From: an uncultured Lachnospiraceae bacterium
GTDB lineage: Bacteria > Bacillota > Clostridia > Lachnospirales > Lachnospiraceae
Reading direction: 5' to 3'
Assembly: GCA_947650845.1 (NCBI GenBank)
Contig: CANSWW010000001.1
Coordinates: 1 to 53,754 of the forward strand
DNA length: 53,754 nt
Shown: positions 45,728 through 53,026 of the stretch, one piece after another
Position numbering within the stretch: the first letter of the stretch is position 1
Layout: each line of letters begins with the position of its first letter
Made by a program: the position numbers and the translations under genes
Notes under the pieces: model-generated
Seen by the model: only the letters and a program-made list of their open reading frames with translations
What the model was told of the DNA's origin: nothing
The model's database searches: none

Positions 45728-47581
45728 ATGAAGATTACCGATATCCATATAAAAAATTTTAAATCCATCCGCGATCTGCATATCCGGGATATAGAGAATG
45801 CCTTGATCCTGGTCGGGCAGAACAACACCGGCAAAACGACGGTGATGGATGCGATTCGCGCGGTCGGCGGCGATTACCGCATCGGGCCGGAGGACTTTGA
45901 AGAGGACGGGGCCAATATCGAGATTTGCGTGGAGCTGTTTTTTGCCGAAGAGGACCTGGAGCTTCTGCGCCGCCGCGGCATCGTGAGCCAGTACCGCAAG
46001 CCGGAGGCCTGGCGGCAGGATTTTTGCCGCAAGCTTCCTTCCTTTGCGGACGGAATGCTTACGTTTACGATGACGGCCAACCGGGAGGGGCAGATCCGTT
46101 ACCAGGACGGCGTCAACCGCAATAATCCGTATCTGAAGGAGGTATTTCCCAGGATTTACTATGTGGATACGGAGCGCCGTCTGGAGCAGCTGCAGAGCGA
46201 TCTGCTGCTTTTGCAGGAGGATGAGATTTTACAGAAAATGCGTTCCGGCTGCTGTATGTTTAACGAGGGGCGCAAATGCAGCTACTGCTTCAACTGCATC
46301 GGCCTGATCGAGAAGAAGAGCCCGGCCGAATTGTCGGCGTTGGAAACCTCCAAGCTGCTGGATTACAAGCTGTACCTGCTGAACTTAGACAGCTTTGCCA
46401 GGCGGGTGAACGAGTGCTTCCACAAAAACGGCGGCCGGGAGAGCGTGCTCTATTCGATGAACCGGGATGTGGAGAAGATTTTGCAGGTGACGACGGAAAT
46501 CCGCCATCCGGCCCAGAATGTGCCGCTGCCGATTTCCCGAATGGGGAAGGGGATGCGTTCGATTTACCTGTTTTCGCTTTTGGAGGCTTATACGGAGATT
46601 GAGGAGAGCCTGCCCAGCATCATTATGATCGAGGACCCGGAGATTTTTCTGCATCCGCGCCTACAAAAGGTATGCGGCAAGATTCTCTACCGCCTGTCGT
46701 CCAAAAACCAGGTGATCTTTACGACGCATTCGCCGAACCTGCTGCCGAATTTTAACAGCCGGCAGATTCGCCAGGTGGTGCTGAGGGAGGACGGCTGTCC
46801 GGATGTCCGGGAAAAGACCGATATCAGCGCGATTCTCGACGACCTGGGATATACGGCCGGCGATCTGATGAATGTGAACTTCGTGTTTATCGTGGAGGGC
46901 AAGCAGGACAAATCCCGGCTGCCGCTTTTGCTGCGCAAATACTATTCGGAGACGACCGACAGCGAGGGGAATTTGTCGCGGATTGCCATCATTACGACCA
47001 ACAGCTGCACGAATATCAAGACGTATGCCAATTTAAAATATATGAATCAGATTTATCTGCGCGACCAGTTTTTGATGGTGCGCGACAGCGACGGCAAGGA
47101 TCGGGACATGCTGGCCCGGCAGCTGTGCCGGTATTATGAGGAGCGCAACCGTGAAGATACGGATAAGCTGCCGCGGGTCGGGCCGGAAAATGTGCTGATT
47201 TTGAAATATTATTCGTTTGAGAATTATTTCCTGAATCCGCGGGTAATGGCGCGGCTGGGGGTCGTGGAATCGGAAGAGGCGTTTTATGAGACGCTTTTGC
47301 AGAAGTGGAAGGAGTATCTGCACCGGCTTTCGAGCGGGCGGCATTTGACGGAGGTGCTGGGGCGGGAGCTTCGGACCGTGGAGAATGTGCGGGAGCATAT
47401 GGAGGAAATCCGTGTGTACCTGCGCGGGCATAATCTGTTCGATATTTTTTACGGACGCTATAAGGAGCGGGAAACGGAGCTTTTGGAGCGCTATATCGAG
47501 CTGGCGCCGCGGGAGGATTTTGCGGATATTCTGGCGGCGGTGGAGCGGTTTGTGTATTTTGAGAGCAGACGGAAGGCGTAG
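45728..47581 (+). CDS. OLD-family ATP-dependent endonuclease (ABC-type ATPase plus C-terminal TOPRIM), stand-alone.
   Basis: Start MKITDIHIKNFKSIRDLHI after AGGAG. It has Walker A GQNNTGKTT, signature-like SRMGKGMRS, Walker B IIMIEDPEIFLHP, FTTHSP, and TOPRIM FIVEGKQD plus VRDSDGKD. A Cys cluster CCMFNEGRKCSYCFNC is inserted in the ATPase domain. Confidence 0.8.
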   Translation: MKITDIHIKNFKSIRDLHIRDIENALILVGQNNTGKTTVMDAIRAVGGDYRIGPEDFEEDGANIEICVELFFAEEDLELLRRRGIVSQYRKPEAWRQDFCRKLPSFADGMLTFTMTANREGQIRYQDGVNRNNPYLKEVFPRIYYVDTERRLEQLQSDLLLLQEDEILQKMRSGCCMFNEGRKCSYCFNCIGLIEKKSPAELSALETSKLLDYKLYLLNLDSFARRVNECFHKNGGRESVLYSMNRDVEKILQVTTEIRHPAQNVPLPISRMGKGMRSIYLFSLLEAYTEIEESLPSIIMIEDPEIFLHPRLQKVCGKILYRLSSKNQVIFTTHSPNLLPNFNSRQIRQVVLREDGCPDVREKTDISAILDDLGYTAGDLMNVNFVFIVEGKQDKSRLPLLLRKYYSETTDSEGNLSRIAIITTNSCTNIKTYANLKYMNQIYLRDQFLMVRDSDGKDRDMLARQLCRYYEERNREDTDKLPRVGPENVLILKYYSFENYFLNPRVMARLGVVESEEAFYETLLQKWKEYLHRLSSGRHLTEVLGRELRTVENVREHMEEIRVYLRGHNLFDIFYGRYKERETELLERYIELAPREDFADILAAVERFVYFESRRKA

Positions 47582-47584
47582 TAT

Positions 47585-47610
47585 CCTGGCCGGATTGGAA
47601 TCCGGCCAGG
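47585..47610 (+). terminator. 11-bp perfect hairpin directly after the OLD gene stop.
   Basis: CCTGGCCGGAT-TGGA-ATCCGGCCAGG. The U-tract is displaced (GTTTTTT, 12 nt downstream). Confidence 0.5.
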
Positions 47611-47640
47611 ACGGTGGAGAGTTTTTTATAAAAAGCTAGT

Positions 47641-47675
47641 CCTGCGGGCGGTTTGCAGGGCTGGTTTTTTGTTTT
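47641..47675. terminator. Second hairpin with a T-run, probably bidirectional with the convergent ABC-2 gene.
   Basis: CCTGC-N9-GCAGG then GCTGGTTTTTTGTTTT. An A-run lies on the other side. Confidence 0.55.
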
Positions 47676-47730
47676 GGAAAAGAGGTGTCTGCTGGGAGAG
47701 ACAGCGGGGAAAGACAAAAGTGGCCGGGCT

Positions 47731-48369
47731 TTATAGGTCCACCCGCTCAAAGCGCTCTTCCGCCTTTTTACAGGCCAGGCACAGCCCGGCGCCGTACACA
47801 AAAGCGCCCGCAAAGAGGATCGGCAGCTGGCGCAGGAGATCCCGCGGAGCGTAGCTGTCCAGCCAGGCAAGGGCCGGGATATGGCCGAGGGCTTCGGTAG
47901 CAAGCATGGCGGGGAGGACGGGCAGCATGGCAAACAGGAAGGCCTTGCCGGCTTTGTAGCCGCTCTTGTAGTAGGCCGGGAAAAAGGCCAGGTCAAAGAG
48001 GGCGAAGATCACCAGGCCGCAGCCGTACCAGGCGGCGGTGGCGTCAAGGCCGACCGGGTTATTGGGGATTGCCAGGAAGTTTCGCAGCAGGACAAAGGGG
48101 ACGGAGAGCAGAAGCTGCGTAAGCTGGGCACAGGCGATCAGGCGGCATTTGGCGCGGACAATATCGCGTTTGGTGACTGGCAGGACGGCGCTGTACCAGG
48201 CGTCGTTGGTTTCACGGGCGTACATGAAGGTGAGATAAGGCGCCAGGCAGCCAAAGAGGAAGATAACGGTGTAGGGGTAGGCGGGCACGATGGCCAGGCA
48301 GCCTAAGAGGGTGAAAACAAAGAAGGTGGGGTGAGCCGCCAGGGCCAGCTCTTTATAAAGAAGTTTCAT
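47731..48369 (-). CDS. ABC-2 family transporter permease.
   Basis: Start MKLLYKELALAAHPTFFVF. About six TM helices. Downstream of its ATPase. The track's MYHYALRTQ... extension is the translated repeat element. Confidence 0.8.
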   Translation of the reverse strand: MKLLYKELALAAHPTFFVFTLLGCLAIVPAYPYTVIFLFGCLAPYLTFMYARETNDAWYSAVLPVTKRDIVRAKCRLIACAQLTQLLLSVPFVLLRNFLAIPNNPVGLDATAAWYGCGLVIFALFDLAFFPAYYKSGYKAGKAFLFAMLPVLPAMLATEALGHIPALAWLDSYAPRDLLRQLPILFAGAFVYGAGLCLACKKAEERFERVDL

Positions 48370-48386
48370 GGGAATATAAGTCCTTT

Positions 48387-48487
48387 CGTGGCGTTTCCTT
48401 GATATTGCCTGTGTTCTCAGGGCATAATGGTACACCCTTGCGGTGTTTCCTTGATATTGCCCGTGTTTTCAAGGCATAATGGTAAAC
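48387..48487 (-). repeat. Tandem array (about 2.3 units, 52-nt period) of the recurrent element. The last unit overlaps the 3' end of the ABC ATPase CDS.
   Basis: Minus-strand reading: ACCATTATGCCTTGA(stop)AAACACGGGCAATATC / AAGGAAACACCGCAAGGGTGTACCATTATGCCCTGAGAACACAGGCAATATC / AAGGAAACGCCACGAAAGGAC... Confidence 0.75.
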
Positions 48488-49227
48488 TTCTGCGCCGGTT
48501 CCGCGCGCAGCATGATTTCCTCCAGTGTCAATGGGGCTGTGTCATTCGGAGTGCGCAGATGGTCGAAGGATTGCAGAAAAACATTTTTTTCGGCGCTGGC
48601 CAGCACCTGTCCGTTGCAGATGTAGGTGATATCGTCGCTGCAGCGGTCCAGATCCGAGGTGATATGGGTGGAAAAAAGGATTCCCCGCGTCCCGTCGGCG
48701 ACGATGCTTTGGAAAATGTGCAGCAGCTCGTCGCGTGAGACGGGGTCCAGGCCGCTGGTAGGCTCGTCGAGGATCAGCAGGCGGGCCTGATGGGAAAGGG
48801 CCAGGGCCAGCAGGTATTTGACTTTCATGCCATTGGAGAGGTCGTGGAACCTCTTGTGCTCATCCAGGCCGAACTGCCTCAGATAGTTTTCATAGCGGGA
48901 CTGCTCCCAGCCCTCGTAAAACCGGCGGGTCACGGCGGTGATGGCGGACAGCTTTTTTAAAGGATAGAAATCAATGCCGCCAAAGACCACGCCGATTTTC
49001 TGCTTGCAGGTCCGTTCATTGGCAAAAAAATCCCGGCCAAAGACCTGGACCGTTCCGCGGTCCGGACGGACGATGTGCAGGATGCTTTTGAGCGTCGTGC
49101 TCTTGCCGGCGCCGTTTTTGCCGATCAGGCCCATAATATGGCCGGGCTGTAACGTGAAAGAAACGTTGGTGAGGGCAAAGCCGGGATAGGATTTTGAGAG
49201 ATTTTCTACCTGGAGAAGGGGCGTCAT
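48469..49227 (-). CDS. ABC transporter ATP-binding protein.
   Basis: Walker A GKNGAGKST, signature LSNGMKVK and Walker B LLILDEPTSGLD. Confidence 0.9.
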   Translation of the reverse strand: MTPLLQVENLSKSYPGFALTNVSFTLQPGHIMGLIGKNGAGKSTTLKSILHIVRPDRGTVQVFGRDFFANERTCKQKIGVVFGGIDFYPLKKLSAITAVTRRFYEGWEQSRYENYLRQFGLDEHKRFHDLSNGMKVKYLLALALSHQARLLILDEPTSGLDPVSRDELLHIFQSIVADGTRGILFSTHITSDLDRCSDDITYICNGQVLASAEKNVFLQSFDHLRTPNDTAPLTLEEIMLRAEPAQKFTIMP

Positions 49228-49709
49228 GAAAATCGTCCCCCCTCTCCCTGGCCCGGGGCTGGTTCCCGCAGCGCACTTGTGAGATACTCCAGAGAGCGGA
49301 GGAACGTATCCGCGGGCGTTAAGGCGATACCGGCCCGCTCGGGCGCTTCGTCCCCCAGGACCACCAGCAGATCGCCGGGCTTGAGATGAAAGATATCCCG
49401 CGCTTTTTTGGGCAGGACAATCTGTCCCCGCTCTCCCAGGGTGACGGTGCCGAAGATATGCTTGCCTGTGGGCGGGATGGGGTATTTTTCTTTTTGCGGG
49501 TCGTAATGAATCAGATTGTCTACGGTCACATCATAGAGCCGGGCCAGGGCGTCGCAGTTTAGGATGTCGGGGATTGTCTCGCCGTTCTCCCATTTGGCGA
49601 CAGCCTGGCGGGAAACGCCGATTTTTTCGGCTACTTCCTCCTGTGAATAGCGATGCAGCTGGCGCAGGGCAGCCAGGTTCTGAGAAATGAGATTTGGATG
49701 AGTTTTCAT
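49224..49709 (-). CDS. XRE-family HTH regulator fused to an AbrB/SpoVT-type swapped-hairpin domain.
   Basis: HTH segment YSQEEVAEKIGVSRQAVAKWENGETIP. The C-terminal GTVTLGERGQIVLPKKARDIFHLKPGDLLVVL is AbrB/MazE-like. The second ATG at 49709 has better RBS spacing than the one at 49718. It has a 4-nt overlap with the ATPase gene. Confidence 0.8.
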   Translation of the reverse strand: MKTHPNLISQNLAALRQLHRYSQEEVAEKIGVSRQAVAKWENGETIPDILNCDALARLYDVTVDNLIHYDPQKEKYPIPPTGKHIFGTVTLGERGQIVLPKKARDIFHLKPGDLLVVLGDEAPERAGIALTPADTFLRSLEYLTSALREPAPGQGEGGRFS

Positions 49710-49866
49710 ACTTTTCATACCTCCTGATGACTGTTATTATATCACAGGTCCGTTGGATTACCACCAACTGGGGATGACAGGATGTGTCACGGGAGGTTGC
49801 GTAAGCGATTTGTGTAAAGGGTTTTTGTTGCGTAGCTGTTCGCGTAAAACGTTCCGGCTGCGTAAG

Positions 49867-50364
49867 CTATTCGTGAAAAGCGTTTTCTTTCATGGACGAA
49901 ACGATATCCGGCTGGTCGTGGCAGTTGCAGGGCATATGGGAGAATACGCCGATGAGAAGCTCCAGCCCCTTTTGGAAGTCGGAAATATCCTGCGGTGGCA
50001 TTTGCTCCAGAAGCGGGCGGAAGCATCCGGCGTCATGCTCCAGAAAATGCTCCATATATTCGGCGGCCTTGTCTGTGAGGCGGATTTTAATAATCCTGCG
50101 GTTGGCGGGGTCATAGACCCGCTTCACAAGCTCCTGTTCCACGAGCCGGTTGACCATCTGCGTCATCTGCTGCTTTTGCATTCTGGTGTAGCCCGCCAGC
50201 TCGGACATGGTCATCGTGCCTCCGCCCCATTGCAGCGTCCGGATGCAGTAGTACATCTCGAGGCTGATTCCTTCGTCCAGAAGCTGCTTGAAGGGCTTGG
50301 CAATGCGATAGTTCCATAGCGGAAGCAGCGTTAGCAGCATTTCCTGTATCTGTGTAAATTCCAA
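49867..50364 (-). CDS. MarR-family transcriptional regulator.
   Basis: Winged-HTH segment MSELAGYTRMQKQQMTQMVNRLVEQELVKRVYDPANRRIIKIRLT. Confidence 0.85.
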   Translation of the reverse strand: MEFTQIQEMLLTLLPLWNYRIAKPFKQLLDEGISLEMYYCIRTLQWGGGTMTMSELAGYTRMQKQQMTQMVNRLVEQELVKRVYDPANRRIIKIRLTDKAAEYMEHFLEHDAGCFRPLLEQMPPQDISDFQKGLELLIGVFSHMPCNCHDQPDIVSSMKENAFHE

Positions 50365-50454
50365 CGAAATTCCTCCTTTTTCTAGCCCGCACGGGGATTA
50401 TCGCACGCCTGAGCGGGTTTTTTCATTTTATGGCGGCAGTGTTGACAAACCGTG

Positions 50455-50483
50455 TTGACAAAATAACGGATGTATTGTATATT
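50455..50483 (+). promoter_or_regulatory. Candidate promoter TTGACA-17-TATATT. A duplicate TTGACA lies 13 nt upstream.
   Basis: TTGACA at 50455-50460 and also at 50442-50447. TATATT at 50478-50483. Confidence 0.45.
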
Positions 50484-50492
50484 CGTATTTAT

Positions 50493-50511
50493 AGTAAACA
50501 AAGCATTACTA
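50493..50511. promoter_or_regulatory. Inverted repeat TAGTAA-N7-TTACTA, a candidate MarR operator in the divergent intergenic region.
   Basis: Read at 50493-50511, just downstream of the candidate -10. Confidence 0.4.
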
Positions 50512-50606
50512 AAAACAAATATTTACTGTAAGGATACAAAAATTATACACGATGCGCATGGAAAATGCAAGTGTAAATCAGAGCGAAAAAAGGAGGGTTT
50601 CACGGG

Positions 50607-51734
50607 ATGAATGAGAAAAAACTGGGTTTTGGGCTGATGCGTCTGCCGTTGGCCGATCCGGCGGACACGGCGAAGGTGGATTATGAGACGTTACGTAAAA
50701 TGGTGGACCGCTACATGGGGGCCGGGTTTAACTATTTTGATACGGCGGTTCCCTATCATGGCGGCGGCAACAGCGAGACCGCGTTCCGGGAATGCGTGGC
50801 GAAGCGCTATCCCCGCGACAGTTACACGCTTACGGATAAGTTGACTTTTTTTATCGTCCAGAAGGAGGAGGAGCTGGAGGGGTTTTTCCAGGGCCAGCTA
50901 AAGCGCTGTGGCGTGGAGTATTTTGACTATTATTTGCTGCATTCCATGAACAAGGAGTATCTGGAGCTGGCGGAAAGGATCGGCGCGTTTGAGTTTGTTG
51001 CCCGCAAGAAGGCGGAGGGGAAGATACGCCACGTGGGTTTTTCGTTTCATGATAAGGCGGATGTTTTGGATGAGTTTTTGACCCGCCATCCGGAAATGGA
51101 GTATGTGCAGCTTCAGTTAAACTATGCGGATTGGGAAAATTTTGACGTGCAGTCCCGCAAATGCTATGAGGTGGCGGTGAAGCATCACAAGCCGGTGCTT
51201 GTCATGGAGCCGGTGAAGGGAGGGCTGCTGGCGAATGTCCCTGAGGAGGCGGAAAAGCTGTTAAAGGAAGCGGAGCCGGACCGGTCTGTCGCTTCCTGGG
51301 CCATTCGCTATGTGGCTTCTCTTGAGAATGTGGTGATGGTGCTTTCGGGAATGAGCAGTATGGAGCAGATGGAGGATAACCTTTCTTACATGGCGGACTT
51401 TAAGCCTTTGACAAAACGGGAGAAGCAGCTGGTGGAACGGGGGGCGCAGATCATCGTCTCGAGGGAGAATATCGCCTGTACCGGATGCCGCTACTGTGTG
51501 GACGGATGCCCGCAGAAGATCGGGATTCCGGATTTCTTTAAGCTGATGAACGATATCAGCAAATTTGGGGCCCCGCAGGTGGAACGGTCGAAGAATTATT
51601 ATAATCATTTTACGGGGGCGATGGGAATGGGAAAGGCGTCCTCCTGTATTAAATGCGGCCAGTGCGAGGGGCATTGCCCGCAGCATCTTCCGATTATAAA
51701 GTATCTGGAGGATACGGCAGGGATGCTGGAGTAG
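50607..51734 (+). CDS. Aldo/keto reductase with a C-terminal 4Fe-4S ferredoxin-type domain.
   Basis: AKR N-terminus (LGFGLMRLP...NYFDTAVPYHGG) and two Cys clusters, CTGCRYCVDGCP and CIKCGQCEGHCP. Confidence 0.85.
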   Translation: MNEKKLGFGLMRLPLADPADTAKVDYETLRKMVDRYMGAGFNYFDTAVPYHGGGNSETAFRECVAKRYPRDSYTLTDKLTFFIVQKEEELEGFFQGQLKRCGVEYFDYYLLHSMNKEYLELAERIGAFEFVARKKAEGKIRHVGFSFHDKADVLDEFLTRHPEMEYVQLQLNYADWENFDVQSRKCYEVAVKHHKPVLVMEPVKGGLLANVPEEAEKLLKEAEPDRSVASWAIRYVASLENVVMVLSGMSSMEQMEDNLSYMADFKPLTKREKQLVERGAQIIVSRENIACTGCRYCVDGCPQKIGIPDFFKLMNDISKFGAPQVERSKNYYNHFTGAMGMGKASSCIKCGQCEGHCPQHLPIIKYLEDTAGMLE

Positions 51735-51763
51735 GAGCGGTAAACAGAGAATGCTTGAAGAGT

Positions 51764-51819
51764 GAAGGGGGAAGCCTGAAGGGGAAGGCTCGAAGGGGAA
51801 AACCTGAAGGAGAAAGTCC
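51764..51819 (+). repeat. Four 14-nt purine-rich tandem repeats GAAGG(G)GRAARNCYN.
   Basis: Units start at 51764, 51778, 51792 and 51806. The last unit supplies an AAGGAG RBS-like sequence for the PTS remnant. Confidence 0.65.
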
Positions 51820-51820
51820 G

Positions 51821-52225
51821 ATTGTATTGCTTTGCGCGGCGGGTATGAGTACCAGTTTGCTGGTGAGCCGGATGCAGGAGGCGGCGCAGAAGGAGGGGTA
51901 TGAGGCGGAGATTTCGGCTCATCCGATTTCGCAGGCGGCGGTAAAGGCGGCGGACGCGGACGTGGTTCTTTTGGGGCCGCAGGTGCGGTTTCATTTGGCG
52001 AAGGAGGGGCGTTTTGGGGAGGCGCGGGAGAGCATCTTAGAGGGGCAGCGGTGCTTTACGGAAGGGCATGATACGCATCTGGAGCTTTTGGCGATGCGGG
52101 GGGAGGGACGGCTTAACTTTAATCTGTTGATTGTCCACGCGGAGGACCAGTTAATGAGCGCGGAGGGCTTTGGGATTCTGGCGGAGGAGTTTGTGGATGT
52201 GTATCGGAAGATGAAGGGGGAATGA
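51821..52225 (+). pseudogene. In-frame deletion fusion of a lactose/cellobiose-family PTS EIIB N-terminal part to an EIIA C-terminal part. The EIIC gene is lost.
   Basis: IVLLCAAGMSTSLLVSRMQEAAQKEGYEAEI...DVVLLGPQVRF is EIIB-cel. It joins at LAKEGRFGEAR to ...ELLAMRGEGRLNFNLLIVHAEDQLMSAEGFGILAEEFVDVYRKM, which aligns with EIIA-cel helices 2-3. There is no canonical start codon. Confidence 0.65.
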
Positions 52226-52240
52226 GAACCAGGGGGTTAT

Positions 52241-52287
52241 GGGGCGGAATCGTCTGCGCAGCGGCGGAGGGGTTCCGCCCTTTTTTT
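52241..52287 (+). terminator. Rho-independent terminator.
   Basis: GGGGCGGAA-N23-TTCCGCCC followed by TTTTTTT. Confidence 0.7.
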
Positions 52288-52435
52288 CGTGGAGACGGGG
52301 GGGGTTGTGGGAGGGGGATGCCTTTGGTTTGGGAAACGGTTCAGGGTGTTTGGGTTTTGCAGGGGGATTGTTTTGAAAAGCGAATGGTAAAATCCTGCCG
52401 GGTGTGCTACAATGGGAGGAAGGAGGGACGCCGTT

Positions 52436-52540
52436 ATGGGATTTTATTTGAACAGCCAGGCGGCTTATACGCTTTTTCAGAATGAGGCGGGGCAGCCGTA
52501 TTTTGTGGACAGGAATATGCGGCCACCTCGCCGAATTTAA
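52436..52540 (+). pseudogene. 34-codon N-terminal fragment of a second AAA-ATPase_like family gene.
   Basis: MGFYLNSQAAYTLFQNEAGQPYFVDRNM then PPRRI*. It resembles the MG(I/F)YLNPGN...YVDKT N-terminus of that family. It is preceded by TGCTACAAT (an extended -10) and GGAGGAAGGAGGG. Confidence 0.5.
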
Positions 52541-52612
52541 AGACAAAGGAGGAAATCTTTTCCGCGATGGTGGTGTATGGGATTCAATTGGATGGACGGG
52601 AGGGAATGTAGC

Positions 52613-53026
52613 ATGTGGTTTCTATTGGCTTTGCTGTCGGCGGTATTTGCGGCCTGTACGTCAATCCTGGCGAAGATAGGGATCGAGGGGGTCGATTCCC
52701 ATCTGGCGACGGCGATCCGGACGATGGTCGTGGTACTGATGGCCTGGGGGATGGTCTTTTTGACCGGCGCGCAGAAGGGGCTGTCCGGGATCGGGCGGCG
52801 CAGCTGGCTGTTTTTGATCCTCTCGGGGCTGGCGACCGGGGCTTCGTGGCTGTGTTATTACAGGGCGCTGCAGCTGGGAGAGGTATCGAAGGTGGCGCCG
52901 GTGGATAAGCTGAGCGTGGTGATTACGCTGGTGCTGGCGTTTGTGTTTTTGCATGAGGAGTTTACGGTAAAATCGGCGCTGGGCTGCGTGCTGATCGGGG
53001 CGGGGACGGTTTTGATGGTTTTGTGA
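52613..53026 (+). CDS. Small EamA-domain (DMT superfamily) transporter.
   Basis: Start MWFLLALLSAVFAACTSILAKIGIEGV after GGGAGGG. It has four or five TM helices in a single EamA repeat. Confidence 0.75.
   Translation: MWFLLALLSAVFAACTSILAKIGIEGVDSHLATAIRTMVVVLMAWGMVFLTGAQKGLSGIGRRSWLFLILSGLATGASWLCYYRALQLGEVSKVAPVDKLSVVITLVLAFVFLHEEFTVKSALGCVLIGAGTVLMVL

Noticed and set aside
45728-47581. Calling the OLD-like gene a fused PARIS (AriA-AriB) system or Gabija GajA.
   Set aside because: There is no adjacent helicase (GajB) and no separate DUF4435 gene. At 617 aa it fits a single OLD protein better than an AriA+AriB fusion. Without profile searches the subclass cannot be decided, so only the family-level call is made.
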